Source: Kiritimatiellia bacterium
GTDB taxonomy: Bacteria; Verrucomicrobiota; Kiritimatiellia; JAAZAB01
DNA length: 64,000 bases
Assembly (NCBI GenBank): GCA_041653875.1
Contig: JBAZEM010000006.1
Coordinates: 46,585 to 110,584, forward strand
Direction: 5' to 3'
Shown: in pieces, positions 1 to 9,653 of the stretch
How positions within the stretch are numbered: position 1 is the stretch's first letter
How the letters are laid out: each line of letters starts with the position of its first letter
Translations under genes and position numbers: made by a program
The notes under the pieces: generated by a model
Told to the model about the DNA's origin: nothing
Databases searched by the model: none
Seen by the model: only the letters and a program-made list of their open reading frames with translations

Positions 1-55
1 GCCGACGGTATTGAAAGATGCCGACACGGAAAATATTCGTGTTTACGGATAAATA

Positions 56-328
56 ATGTGCCAGATTAAGCGCCGGGCGGTCGGCGTTCTGCTGATGTCG
101 GCCCTCCTGATCGTTCCCGCCGCCGCGGCGCGCAATTTTGCCAGGTCAGCCGGGCACATGTTCTGGTGGGCCATTCTGGTGAGCACGACTTCTGCCATCG
201 CCGGGTTGCTGATCTCGGCCCAGGATTGGGCCCGCACGGCAACCGGTCCTGCCGTTGTCCTTTTTGGTTTTGCCTGGTTTATTGTCAGTTATGCCGTAAC
301 GTCGGCCCGCAGACGGGCTCATAAATGA
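56..328 (+). pseudogene. C-terminal fragment of an ABC-3 (ZnuB/MntB-like) metal permease, an apparent gene remnant
   Basis: The 90-aa ORF aligns by eye to the last two TM helices of ZnuB-type permeases (LLIVPAAAARNFARS...GPAVVLFGFAWFIVS). All three forward frames are closed by stops at about 50-55, so no in-frame upstream portion exists in the window. Confidence 0.4.
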
Positions 329-1500
329 ATGCGCAGGATATGGCGAAAACCAAAAACATCCCGTCTTCCGGCGCAAAGAACAATAATCAGCCCCTGGAAT
401 GGGCCAGAGATATCCGGGTCAATGCCTGGCATGATCCCGTCATGCTGCAACCGGAACCGATGCCGGTTCCTCCGCTGGGCAAGTCGGTGAAGTTTCTGTT
501 GGCGCTGCTTGCCTTGGCTGGGCTTTGTTTTTTTGGTGACCGTCCCGGGGTTCGTTCGTTCTCAATCGTGTTTGTAAGTATTGTTCTGGAAGCGCTTCCT
601 TTCATGCTTGTTGGCGCTTGCGTGGGAGGACTGATAGAGGTGTTCGTCAGCCGCGAGCATTTGACCGCACATCTTCCCCGACGCCCCTGGGCCATGACGT
701 GCCTGGCGGCGGCGATGGGAATTGTGTTTCCGGTGTGCGAGTGCGCCGTGGTTCCCGTGGTTCGGCGCCTGACCGGCAAAGGACTGCCGCTTGCGGCGGC
801 GGTGGCTTACCTGTTGGGCGGGCCGATAGTTAATCCCATTGTCGCGGCGTCAACCATGTTGGCATACAAAATGGACTGGTGGGTGGCTGCCATCCGCTTA
901 CTGTGCGGGTATGCCATTGCCGTATTTGTGGCTCTGGCCATGGGGCGTCTGTTTGCACACCGCTCGGCATTGCTGGTGTCGCCGGGTATGCGCAAACATG
1001 CGCAGGATGATCAAAAAACGGCCGCGCACGGAATCGGGTGCGCGTGTTGCGAGCATGGCGCGCAACTTGTCCCCACGGGCCTGATCGGCAAACTTGTCGG
1101 CGCCTTTCGGCATGCTTCCGACGATTTTATGGCCGTAGCCCACTACCTTGTGATCGGCGCGGCGGTGGCCGCCTTGGCCCAAACGCTTGTGGATCGCCGG
1201 TTGTTTTTGGGATTGTCCGCCTTGCCGATTTTGCCTTCTATTCTGATGATGGGGCTGGCCATCCTGCTGAACCTCTGTTCCGAGGCCGATGCCTTTATCG
1301 CAGCTTCGTTCCGTGGATTTCTATCCTTGCCCGCGCAAATGGCGTTCATGTTGACGGGCCCCATGTTCGATCTCAAACTATTGCTGATGTATCAGACTGT
1401 TTTCTCCAAACGCGCCATCATTGCTCTTTCCGGATTGATTCTGCTGTCTGTGCTTGTTGTCGTGGCAGGGCTGGAGATGCTGGGAATGGGGATGTTATGA
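325..1500 (+). CDS. DUF318-family predicted permease (two CxC/CxxC motifs, multi-TM)
   Basis: Hydrophobic 391-aa ORF with a PVCECAVVPVV motif and a second cysteine cluster (GCACCEHG). Typical of the DUF318 permease family that partners TIGR03943 proteins. The start codon is uncertain. Confidence 0.6.
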   Translation: MNAQDMAKTKNIPSSGAKNNNQPLEWARDIRVNAWHDPVMLQPEPMPVPPLGKSVKFLLALLALAGLCFFGDRPGVRSFSIVFVSIVLEALPFMLVGACVGGLIEVFVSREHLTAHLPRRPWAMTCLAAAMGIVFPVCECAVVPVVRRLTGKGLPLAAAVAYLLGGPIVNPIVAASTMLAYKMDWWVAAIRLLCGYAIAVFVALAMGRLFAHRSALLVSPGMRKHAQDDQKTAAHGIGCACCEHGAQLVPTGLIGKLVGAFRHASDDFMAVAHYLVIGAAVAALAQTLVDRRLFLGLSALPILPSILMMGLAILLNLCSEADAFIAASFRGFLSLPAQMAFMLTGPMFDLKLLLMYQTVFSKRAIIALSGLILLSVLVVVAGLEMLGMGML

Positions 1501-2216
1501 AACTTGTGCGCGATTTGCCTGCCCGCTTCTGGCGTCCGCTTCTGTTGGGAGCTTGGACTTGTGCGCTCGGCAGTTTGTTGCCGGGCCGCGCTTATCTGAA
1601 TTATCTACGCCCGGAATTCGTTGTTTTGCTCGTGCTCGGGCTGCTGGTGCTGCTCGTCTTTATTTTCAGCGCCATCAATGCTCGTCCTAAGGCGTTCGAT
1701 CTTGATCAGGCCACACGGGTATTGATTCTGATCCTGCCGCTGGCATGTCTCTGCATGGCCCGCGGCACGACGCTGGATGCCAATGCGTTTCAACACCGGT
1801 GGACGGGGATGGCCGGAATTAATGGCCGGAGCGATACCGTTATGGATGACGAAACGAGGAATGCCTCCGGATCGGGCGAGGATATTCCTCTGATTAGTCT
1901 ATGCCGGTGGCCCAAAGCCTATGCCGAAAGCACGGTTACAGTCGTTGGCATGCTTCATCGCGATCCGAAAATAGCGGCACAATTCGGGGCCAACACCTGT
2001 GTCCTGTTCCGCTTTGTAATCAACTGCTGTGTTGCCGACGCTGTGCCGGCGGCAATTATTGTTGATAATGGCATTCCGTGCGATTGGCCCGAGAGCACAT
2101 GGGTGCGTGCCAGCGGCCGATTCGCGCCACGCAATGAAAGCGATCGGCTAATTCCTTTTTTACACGCCACACGGGCTAAGCAGGCGCCGAAGCCGCAACA
2201 ACCCTATTTGTACTGA
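1497..2216 (+). CDS. TIGR03943/DUF1980 family membrane protein, partner of the DUF318 permease
   Basis: ATGA overlap with the permease stop. Two N-terminal TM helices, then a C-terminal domain with a FRFVINCCVADAVPAAIIV (CC..AD) motif. The listed ORF 1038..2216 is this gene plus an out-of-context upstream extension. Confidence 0.6.
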   Translation: MKLVRDLPARFWRPLLLGAWTCALGSLLPGRAYLNYLRPEFVVLLVLGLLVLLVFIFSAINARPKAFDLDQATRVLILILPLACLCMARGTTLDANAFQHRWTGMAGINGRSDTVMDDETRNASGSGEDIPLISLCRWPKAYAESTVTVVGMLHRDPKIAAQFGANTCVLFRFVINCCVADAVPAAIIVDNGIPCDWPESTWVRASGRFAPRNESDRLIPFLHATRAKQAPKPQQPYLY

Positions 2217-2533
2217 GCAAAACGGCGTTTACAAAGAGGCGTGGACGTGAATGCAATGGAGAAGAACGGCGCCACGCGTCCATCACGCTTGACGATATCC
2301 GTGAGAATCGGGGGAGCGCTGGCCGCTGTTGTTATAGCGCCAGACTCGACTGCCTGGGCAAGAACGGCGCATGATGCGCGATGGATGTGACGAGTGGCGT
2401 TTCTATTCATGCCGCACCTCCGGATGATATGGTTTGAATTTCGTAATCGTCAAAACAAGTTAAGGCCATAAAAAGGGACTCCGGTCTTTGAGGTCGGAAT
2501 CCCTCTTTATGAAGCTGACAGGAATGGCTATTG

Positions 2534-4276
2534 CTACTTCACCGGGATGCCATCCGAAGCGCCAAAGCCGCCCTCGAGAACGCTGTGGCTCCCCATCAGG
2601 AAGATGCTCCAATCACCGTTATGGAACACGGCCAGGTCGGATTTGCCGTCGCCATCATAGTCCCCTGAAAGCGGGATGCCACCCGGAGCGCCAAAGCCGC
2701 CCTCGAGAACGCTGCCACTGCCCACCAGGAAGATGTTCCAATACCCGTTGCGGAACACGGCCAGGTCGGACTTGCTGTCGCCATCATAATCGCCAGACAC
2801 CGGGATGCCATCCGGAGCGCCAAAGCCGCCCTCGAGAGCGCTGTGGCTACCCATCAGGAAGATGCTCCAATCACCGTTATGGAACACGGCCAGGTCGGAC
2901 TTGCCGTCACCGTCATAGTCGCCTGATACCGGGATGCCATTCGGAGCGCCAAAGCCGCCCTCGAGAATGCTGTGGCTACCCATCAGGAAGATGCTCCAAT
3001 CACCGTTATGGAACACGGCCAGATCGGATTTGCCGTCGCCATCATAGTCACCTGATACCGGGATGCCATTCGGAGCGCCAAAGCCGCCCTCGAGAACGCT
3101 GTGGCTACCCATCAGGAAGATGCTCCAATCACCGTTATGGAACACGGCCAGGTCGGACTTGCCGTCACCATCATAGTCGCCTGATACCGGGATGCTATTC
3201 GGAGCGCCAAAGCCGCCCTCGAGAACGCTGTGGCTACCCATCAGGAAGATGTTCCAATACCCGTTGCGGAACACGGCCAGATCGGATTTGCCGTCGCCGT
3301 CGTAATCATTAATGGGCTGTTTTTCCGCCTGGCTGGGGACAACGGTGAATATACCCTCGGACGAACTTACGTAGATCTTGCCGTCACGAATCCGGACCGT
3401 TTCCATCCGCTCGTCCGAACGGGCCAGCACCGCATATCCCGCGTAGTTGCCATTGGTCACAAACAGACGCTGCAACTCGCTCGCATCGGTGAACGACGTC
3501 GCGGTAATTACCAGGCGTCCCTTATTGTCCACCACCATGCCACTCGCGCCATCTCCCGCGGATAGCGTTGCCCACGCATGGCCGACCGGGCTCAGCGGGG
3601 CGCCCGCGGGATTGGCAATGGCAGCGGAAACTTCCGCGGCGCTCCAGCGGTAAACTGTCGGATTGCCCGAAGAGACGTAGCCTTCCGCGTAGAAGAGATT
3701 GCTGGACGCGTCGAAAGCGATTGGACCGCTTGCGGCGCCGATGGCGCCGAGATTCACCAGCGGGTTGCTCACCAAGTCACCATTCGCGTTCAGGGCGCTG
3801 TAATAGATCGCGGAGTTATATCCCCCCGCGGCCCAGAAATCGGTCCCGTCACGCGTCTCGAGCCCATATATGTCGCTCAGAATTCCTATGTTCGCCGGTG
3901 CGGACGGGTGGGTCGGATCATATCGGTAGTAGTCGCAGGTATAACGGGTGTATGTTCCGCCGTCGTTGAAGTAGATGCGGCCGCCGATTGCGGTCACCCG
4001 ACTGCCGGAGAACGCGTTCGCGTCCGTGTACAGGAGCGATGCATTGACGCCGTTGTAACGGTAAACGGAGATCCCTAAACCATAGTCCGGACGTCCGGTC
4101 GAGTAGTACAGGTTCGAATCTTCGTCCCAGTCGAACGCCACCAACGTCTCTCCCGCATGCGGATTCGCGTAGAACGTTTGCGCCACGTAATTGCTGCTTC
4201 CGATGAACGCAGCGAACGCATGTTCGCCAAGCGCCGCCAGGCACACGCCAATAAACAACCTCAACATTAATTTCAT
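2534..4276 (-). CDS. Secreted FG-GAP/VCBS-type repeat protein (about 7 tandem 42-aa repeats, DYDGDGKSDLAVF...)
   Basis: Signal peptide MKLMLRLFIGVCLAALGEHAFA follows an AAGGAG RBS. The C-terminal half consists of near-identical 42-aa FG-GAP-like repeats encoded by 126-bp DNA tandem repeats. Confidence 0.7.
   Translation of the reverse strand: MKLMLRLFIGVCLAALGEHAFAAFIGSSNYVAQTFYANPHAGETLVAFDWDEDSNLYYSTGRPDYGLGISVYRYNGVNASLLYTDANAFSGSRVTAIGGRIYFNDGGTYTRYTCDYYRYDPTHPSAPANIGILSDIYGLETRDGTDFWAAGGYNSAIYYSALNANGDLVSNPLVNLGAIGAASGPIAFDASSNLFYAEGYVSSGNPTVYRWSAAEVSAAIANPAGAPLSPVGHAWATLSAGDGASGMVVDNKGRLVITATSFTDASELQRLFVTNGNYAGYAVLARSDERMETVRIRDGKIYVSSSEGIFTVVPSQAEKQPINDYDGDGKSDLAVFRNGYWNIFLMGSHSVLEGGFGAPNSIPVSGDYDGDGKSDLAVFHNGDWSIFLMGSHSVLEGGFGAPNGIPVSGDYDGDGKSDLAVFHNGDWSIFLMGSHSILEGGFGAPNGIPVSGDYDGDGKSDLAVFHNGDWSIFLMGSHSALEGGFGAPDGIPVSGDYDGDSKSDLAVFRNGYWNIFLVGSGSVLEGGFGAPGGIPLSGDYDGDGKSDLAVFHNGDWSIFLMGSHSVLEGGFGASDGIPVK
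2545..3300. repeat. 126-bp tandem repeat x about 6-7 (coding; FG-GAP repeats)
   Basis: Recurrence of ccatccgaagcgccaaagccgccctcgagaacgctgtggct... every 126 bp with few substitutions. Confidence 0.8.
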
Positions 4277-4482
4277 TTTCATCGCTCCTTTATCGCAGTT
4301 TTTTCCTTGTTCGCGCCTCATTCCAGTCGGGACAAAGGCGTCGTTGTGTTCACTTCTATGGTTTGCATGCTTCCTGTTTATTGGTCTATGTCACAGCGCC
4401 TCCTTTTCGGTCCAGATCGAATGGCGCGAGGTAATATGGCCATCCTATCCCCGCGCGCGTGCCACGAGAAACTTGAGTCCGG

Positions 4483-6741
4483 TCACTGGCTTTCCACCTT
4501 CTTCATCCATATCGCTGTCACGGCATCGAGATCGAAGCCCGACTTGTTGTTACTCCTTGTCGCGGCTCCCGTCTCCTCGTTGTGATAGACGAGATCACCA
4601 TCGTTATCGATGAGCCAGCGGCTCCCTGTGGACTGGATGCGTACGTAACGGATCCACTCCAGTCCCACCGCCGAGATGTCGAAACTGTCGCCGCCCGACA
4701 CGGCCGGGTCGGTGGGATCCGGGGAATAGCCATCGCTCATGACGGGATTGACGCCGGCAAAACCCGAATTGTAGCAGTAGGGATGACGGAGGTTGAGAGC
4801 GCCGGTGTCGGGATCGTAACGCGGTGAGAAGTCGATCTTGAATTGCCGCCAGTTTATCCCGTCCTGGCTGACAGACACCACGGCCGGCTCCATAAAACGG
4901 GTTTCGGGATCGGGGACTCCGGCCGCGTCGCAAACATAAAAGACGTTCTCGAAGACCGTAAAATCGGCGCCCGGCCCGTCCCACACCACGTTGTCCACAA
5001 ACTCCAGCGTGATCGTGCCGCCGTAGGGGGCTGATGCGCCGCCGTCATCATTGATGGCGGCCCCCAGCGAGACAACATCCGTTGAGCCCCACACGAGACC
5101 CTTCCCGCGGGGAGCGCCGAGGACAATCTGCGGGAGTTCAGCGGACCTGAATGCGTTCGGATGAAGCAGATTCTTGCTCACGACTCTGTCTGCGAACGGT
5201 TCTGTTTCAGGCGGCAGCTTTGCGAAGATCTTAGGCGACGCCGCGGACGTTGCCATCGTTCCGTTACTTTCGAGGAATGCGGCGTAGTAGTGGTTGCCTT
5301 CGCCCACATCGCCGTCAAGATACGAGGTTTCGGGTCCGCAGTATACCGTTGAGCCATCTGACGGCGTCAACGGGGTTCCTGTTGAACTCCGTACAATCCG
5401 GACGCTGAGATCCCCGCTCATCGCTGTCAGAACCCAGCTCAGGGCGACACTGTTGCGGCTCAGCAACGCCTCGAATTTGGATATTGAGGCGGAGAGACGG
5501 GGCAAGACCTCCAGCGCTAATTGCACGTTATCCAGTTGGCCCTCTGCGTCCTGCACCCCGACGCTGATTTCGTAAGTGCCGGATTCTGAGGGCGTTCCCG
5601 AGCAGAGACCAGCTGCGGAGAACTCGATACCAGGTGGGAGAGAACCGCTGATGCCCCAGACGTAGGGCTCCACGCCGCCGGTTGCCTGGAAGGCGAGTTC
5701 GAACGGCTCCGACTCGCGAATGGACGATTGCGGAATATCCAGTATGCTCAGCTCGGTCCTGCAGTGGAGCACGAGTTCCTTCGTAACGTGAAGCTGCGCA
5801 TCGCTCAACCAGAAGACCAGCGGGATATCAACCTTCGGGGAAGAAGCATCGATCTTCCCTTGAAGTTTCCCTGTTTGAGAATCGAGAGCCAGCGCCCCGA
5901 TCTCCTCGAGGTTCCCTGCCGCGCTCCACGCATACGGTGGAACCCCGCCGGCCGCTTGAAGCTGGAAGACGTAATCTTCGCCGGGAAAAGCGGCGGGCAG
6001 ACTCGCGGTCACGATCTCGAGACTTTGCTCCGGCTGAAACGTCAGGACGTATTCCGCCACGTCCTTTGCGCCCCGCCGGTCGGTTACCTGAAGGAAGAAA
6101 TCCACCGTAGTTGGTTCGGTCGGAATTCCGCTGAGTTTGCCGGACTGGCTGTCGAACGAGAGCGACCCCGGCAGTTTGCCGCCCACGACGCTCCACAGGT
6201 AAGGCTGAAAGCCGCTCGTGGCCAGGAATTGGACATCATAGAGTTCGCCAACCCGGCCCGGTGGAAGCGATCCGGTTGTGATATAAACCAGGTTTGTGCC
6301 GCCGCCGGTCGTTGGTATCCATTTCCCTTGCCGATTTATGACGCCGAACTTTTCCCGTATGAGTCTCTCCTTGAGCGCAGCGATATCTTCGGAGGTGACT
6401 TCTTCGTCGGTTAGGTCTTCGGCTTCCTCGTTTTCGTTCAGATTGGCGGCCGCGCCGAAAAGCTCCGGAGCAGAGTTTGTGCTTCCGGGTTTGTCCATAT
6501 GATTGCTATCCGCAAGCCTTTCGCTGTCGCTTATGGCGGCGGCAGATGTCCTGGAGCCATGAGGATAGACGCGCCCGCCGCGGTTGTGGTTACGGGCGCC
6601 CCCTCTCTTGGCGGCAAGGGACCCCGCCTCACGGTTGGACTTTGCTGCGAAAAAACAGACAAGTCCAATTGAACAGGCGATGACCACAAATACTCCCAGA
6701 TAAACCCTTGCCAGGCGTTTTATAAACAGGCCAATCTGCAT
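4483..6741 (-). CDS. Membrane-anchored cell-surface protein with 3 putative Ig (cadherin/dystroglycan-like) domains, an FN3-like region and a C-terminal about 250-aa domain of unknown function
   Basis: Start chosen at ATG 6741 (MQIGLFIKRLARVYLGVFVVIACSIGLVCFF signal anchor). Repeated motifs YLWSVVGGKLPGSLSFDSQSGKLSG, YAWSAAGNLEEIGALALDSQTGKLQG and YVWGISGSLPPGIEFSAAGLCSG. Sits downstream of a cobalamin riboswitch. Confidence 0.65.
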   Translation of the reverse strand: MQIGLFIKRLARVYLGVFVVIACSIGLVCFFAAKSNREAGSLAAKRGGARNHNRGGRVYPHGSRTSAAAISDSERLADSNHMDKPGSTNSAPELFGAAANLNENEEAEDLTDEEVTSEDIAALKERLIREKFGVINRQGKWIPTTGGGTNLVYITTGSLPPGRVGELYDVQFLATSGFQPYLWSVVGGKLPGSLSFDSQSGKLSGIPTEPTTVDFFLQVTDRRGAKDVAEYVLTFQPEQSLEIVTASLPAAFPGEDYVFQLQAAGGVPPYAWSAAGNLEEIGALALDSQTGKLQGKIDASSPKVDIPLVFWLSDAQLHVTKELVLHCRTELSILDIPQSSIRESEPFELAFQATGGVEPYVWGISGSLPPGIEFSAAGLCSGTPSESGTYEISVGVQDAEGQLDNVQLALEVLPRLSASISKFEALLSRNSVALSWVLTAMSGDLSVRIVRSSTGTPLTPSDGSTVYCGPETSYLDGDVGEGNHYYAAFLESNGTMATSAASPKIFAKLPPETEPFADRVVSKNLLHPNAFRSAELPQIVLGAPRGKGLVWGSTDVVSLGAAINDDGGASAPYGGTITLEFVDNVVWDGPGADFTVFENVFYVCDAAGVPDPETRFMEPAVVSVSQDGINWRQFKIDFSPRYDPDTGALNLRHPYCYNSGFAGVNPVMSDGYSPDPTDPAVSGGDSFDISAVGLEWIRYVRIQSTGSRWLIDNDGDLVYHNEETGAATRSNNKSGFDLDAVTAIWMKKVESQ

Positions 6742-6812
6742 CTTTTCGCTCGCAGTCTTATGAAACCGTTGTCTTACAAAAAAATGCCGGCACTTCTCTT
6801 TCACGAGGGCAA

Positions 6813-7062
6813 TAAAAAAGCCTCCAGACTCCCGCCAAAAGAGTCTGAAGGCTTTGAATACAGCACGATCCCTCATTCTCCTTTCAAGCGAAGGAGCCAC
6901 AACGAGCATGAAAAGAAACGTCTCCTGACTTCCGGCTTCAAGCCTACTCCTTCACCTTCCCGTTTGCCTTGCGGCACCCGGTGGTCATTGAAGTTTCGTA
7001 GCCGGTCACAGTGGCGCGACCGTATCCGATTCTCACGGATTTCCGTACTCTCTTCACAAACA
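6813..7062 (-). ncRNA. Cobalamin (B12) riboswitch with intrinsic-terminator expression platform
   Basis: The minus strand reads ...GGAAATCCGTGAGAATCGGATACGGTCGCGCCACTGTGACCGGCTACGAAAC...GGGTGCC...AAACGGGAAGGTGAAGG...CAGGAGACG. This matches remembered RF00174 core blocks (GGUGAGAAUCC, GCC-CUGU-A, GGGAAGG). It is followed by the hairpin GCCTTCAGACTC..GAGTCTGGAGGC plus TTTTTT (6813-6853). A paralogous element lies at 19882-20150. Confidence 0.6.
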
Positions 7063-7379
7063 AACTTTTAATTCCAAAGAACTGACAAGACTAATAACAC
7101 AACCATGCAAGCTGTCAATAAGATTTATAAAGCAATTTTTCAAAAGCGTTGTCTATATTGCCGAGCCATGCTTGTTGACGATATTAAAAAAACACCTTGG
7201 CCAGCTTTAGAATACCCTGGCTCCAATACGCGCAGGGCCAGAATTACCGGGGTCGTTCCGGTAAAGACACGATCCGCTTGCCGTGGCCGGCTTCGTCAAG
7301 CACGGCCTGAAAATCCGAGCGCGGTGTTCCGAATTGCTCTGCGCCGACATTGAACGTGTCGTCCTGAATCCCTGGCGGG

Positions 7380-8021
7380 TCAGGGCAATGTTTTTGCCAA
7401 GAAAGCATAAAAACCTTTTTCGTTCGCGTGGCGGATGATAGTTAATCCAGCCTTGGCAAAAAGCGAGCGCATACCAGTTTCATCCGGCATGCGGTCGTGT
7501 TTGACCGCCATGTGAGAATGCGCATGACGATGGTTCAAAGCTTCCGGCGAATCGAAATGCGCCAGCAGCAGCCAGCCGCCCTTTTTCAGGACGGCGGACA
7601 TGGCGCGCATGGCGCGGAGTTTGTCCTGAAAATGAGGGAAACACGAAAAGCAGAATATTCCGTTGCATGATTTGTCCGGAAGAGGCAGCGCGTTTACATC
7701 GGCCACATGGAACCTGATGCGCGGATCGGGATGCAGGCGGCGGTTGACTTCGATCATTTTATCGGCGCAATCGACTTCATGGATTCTGCCCGCCGGCCCC
7801 AATCGCCGGAGAATGCGCGGCACAAGCACGCCGCTTCCACAGCCGATGTCCAGAATAATGTCGTTTTTTTTAAGGGACGCGAGCGCGAACAAGCGTCGGA
7901 ACTTGCGCTCGAAGCGCCGCCGCCGTTTGGCGCCGGGCGTTTTATACCACATATCCATCCATTTTTCGGCATGGGCGTTGAAAAACGCTTTTTGTCTTTT
8001 AATTGCTGTGTGTTGATGCAT
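7380..8021 (-). CDS. Class I SAM-dependent methyltransferase
   Basis: [11 protein letters not shown] motif I plus downstream MTase motifs. It overlaps the 3' end of the znuB-like gene by 23 nt, so it is in the same operon. Confidence 0.6.
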   Translation of the reverse strand: MHQHTAIKRQKAFFNAHAEKWMDMWYKTPGAKRRRRFERKFRRLFALASLKKNDIILDIGCGSGVLVPRILRRLGPAGRIHEVDCADKMIEVNRRLHPDPRIRFHVADVNALPLPDKSCNGIFCFSCFPHFQDKLRAMRAMSAVLKKGGWLLLAHFDSPEALNHRHAHSHMAVKHDRMPDETGMRSLFAKAGLTIIRHANEKGFYAFLAKTLP

Positions 8022-8847
8022 GGTTTTCGACCTTCGGCCGGTTGCGCCGCACCCGGGGCGACAGTAAGAATGCCAGCAGATACATGCCGGACGAAATCAG
8101 CACTACACTGCCGCCGGTGGGAATATCCCAGATATAGGATGCCAACAAACCGGCAAAACAAGCGCCGATGCCGAAGATGGCCGCCAGAATCAGAATAACC
8201 GGCAGACGAAACGACAGTTGGCAGGCGGTATTGGCCGGATTGACCAACAAGGCAAAAATCAGCAGGCCGCCAATCATATCCAGGGAGGCGCCGACCGTCA
8301 TGGCGCCCAGCAAGATGATTCCGTAATAGATCGGCGCTTCCGGAATGCCGCAGGCCGCGGCGAGTTCGCGGTTGAAAAGCGCGGCCACGATTTCTTTGTA
8401 AAACAACGATAGAAAAATCGTCAATCCGAGAAATACTCCGGCCAGAATCCAGACTTGCCCTCCCGTCACCGTGAGCAGACTGCCCCACATCAGATTCAAG
8501 GCGTCCGTTTTTGGCCCGGGTATTTTCGCCATCAGGATGAGCGAAATTCCCATGGTGGCCGAAAATATGATGCTCAGCACAACATTGGACGAAGCCTGCG
8601 CTTTTTCCGCCACCGGTCCCACGGCCAAACCTGCCACGGCGCAGGCAATCATGGCCCAGACCAGCGGGGATTGCCCGGCTAACAACCCTATGATCGCTCC
8701 CAGAAACGCCGCATGGGACATGCATATCCCCAGAAAGGGGATTTGCATCAAAGTCAGAAAGACTCCGATAATCGCTATGCTCCCGCCGCCGAAAACACAG
8801 GCGGCCATTGCATGGCGGAAATATTCCTCGTGCAACAATGCCATCAT
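7999..8847 (-). CDS. Metal ABC transporter permease (ABC-3, ZnuB/MntB-like)
   Basis: Multi-TM protein with the ABC-3 signature. ATGA overlap with the upstream ATPase stop. Confidence 0.75.
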   Translation of the reverse strand: MMALLHEEYFRHAMAACVFGGGSIAIIGVFLTLMQIPFLGICMSHAAFLGAIIGLLAGQSPLVWAMIACAVAGLAVGPVAEKAQASSNVVLSIIFSATMGISLILMAKIPGPKTDALNLMWGSLLTVTGGQVWILAGVFLGLTIFLSLFYKEIVAALFNRELAAACGIPEAPIYYGIILLGAMTVGASLDMIGGLLIFALLVNPANTACQLSFRLPVILILAAIFGIGACFAGLLASYIWDIPTGGSVVLISSGMYLLAFLLSPRVRRNRPKVENHASTHSN

Positions 8848-9599
8848 GGCTGTCCGCCTTTCCGCATTGCCTGCCAATCATGCCGGTCACCGTCAAATTG
8901 TTTTTGTCCGCCGGCCAACACGATTGTCCGTTGGCAGTTGGCGGGCACGGCGGACGCATGATGCGTAATCATCAAAACTGCAAAGCGCTCCTGAAGGTGC
9001 AGTCGCTCAAGTAATTGCAGGCAGTCCTGCCGGGCCGTCGTGGAAAGGTGGGAGGAAAACTCGTCCAGCAGAAGGAGATCAGGCTGCTGACACATGGCCC
9101 GGGCAATTTGAACCTTTTGCCTTTCGCCGCCTGAAAGTTGGCCGATGGGGCGAGCCAGCAAATGAAAAATTCCGGCATCGTGTGCGGCCCGATCCACGAG
9201 GGCCCAGTCGTTGGAATTTAACCGGTGTCCCAGCCCGGCGCGCGCGCAACGGCCGATGGCAATTACATCGCGTACGCTGACCGGCATGGTTTCGTCAAAG
9301 GCAAGCGTCTGGGGCACATAGCCGATCCGCCGCCGCAAGGCGCGCCGGTTCCGCCACGAAGCCTGCTGCCCGAACAGACCAATAATCCCCGAGGTTGCGG
9401 GGATCAGGCCAAGGATGGATCGCAGCAGCGTTGTTTTACCCGCGCCGTTATCGCCCAGAACCACCGCAAATTCCCCGCGATTAACAGCCAGCGATACATT
9501 AGACAATATGCGCCGTCCATGGAGATGAACGGTGAGATTGGAAATATTCAGGCAATTATTCATATGCTCAAATTGCAGTTTAAGGCCGGCTGACGACAT
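8844..9599 (-). CDS. Metal ABC transporter ATP-binding protein (ZnuC-like)
   Basis: Walker A GDNGAGKTTLL, LSGGERQ signature, Walker B LLLLDE. Confidence 0.8.
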   Translation of the reverse strand: MSSAGLKLQFEHMNNCLNISNLTVHLHGRRILSNVSLAVNRGEFAVVLGDNGAGKTTLLRSILGLIPATSGIIGLFGQQASWRNRRALRRRIGYVPQTLAFDETMPVSVRDVIAIGRCARAGLGHRLNSNDWALVDRAAHDAGIFHLLARPIGQLSGGERQKVQIARAMCQQPDLLLLDEFSSHLSTTARQDCLQLLERLHLQERFAVLMITHHASAVPANCQRTIVLAGGQKQFDGDRHDWQAMRKGGQP

Positions 9600-9653
9600 T
9601 CTAACATTCTGCAGAATGTTAGAATGTCATAAAAATAAATTGCCGGTCAATTT

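Noticed and set aside
1038-1496. 5' extension of ORF 1038..2216 overlapping the DUF318 permease
   Set aside because: Out-of-frame overlap with a well-supported gene. The downstream partner starts at the ATGA-coupled ATG 1497.
2488-3312. Plus-strand 274-aa ORF full of CHPERQSRPRERC repeats
   Set aside because: Antisense shadow of the FG-GAP tandem repeats on the minus strand. Repeat periodicity creates a long stop-free frame.
6900-7070. Initial reading of GCCACTG in element 1 as the 3' B12-box, implying wrong motif order
   Set aside because: Re-alignment shows this heptamer lies in the central GCC-CUGU-A block of the aptamer. The overall block order then matches RF00174 on the minus strand.
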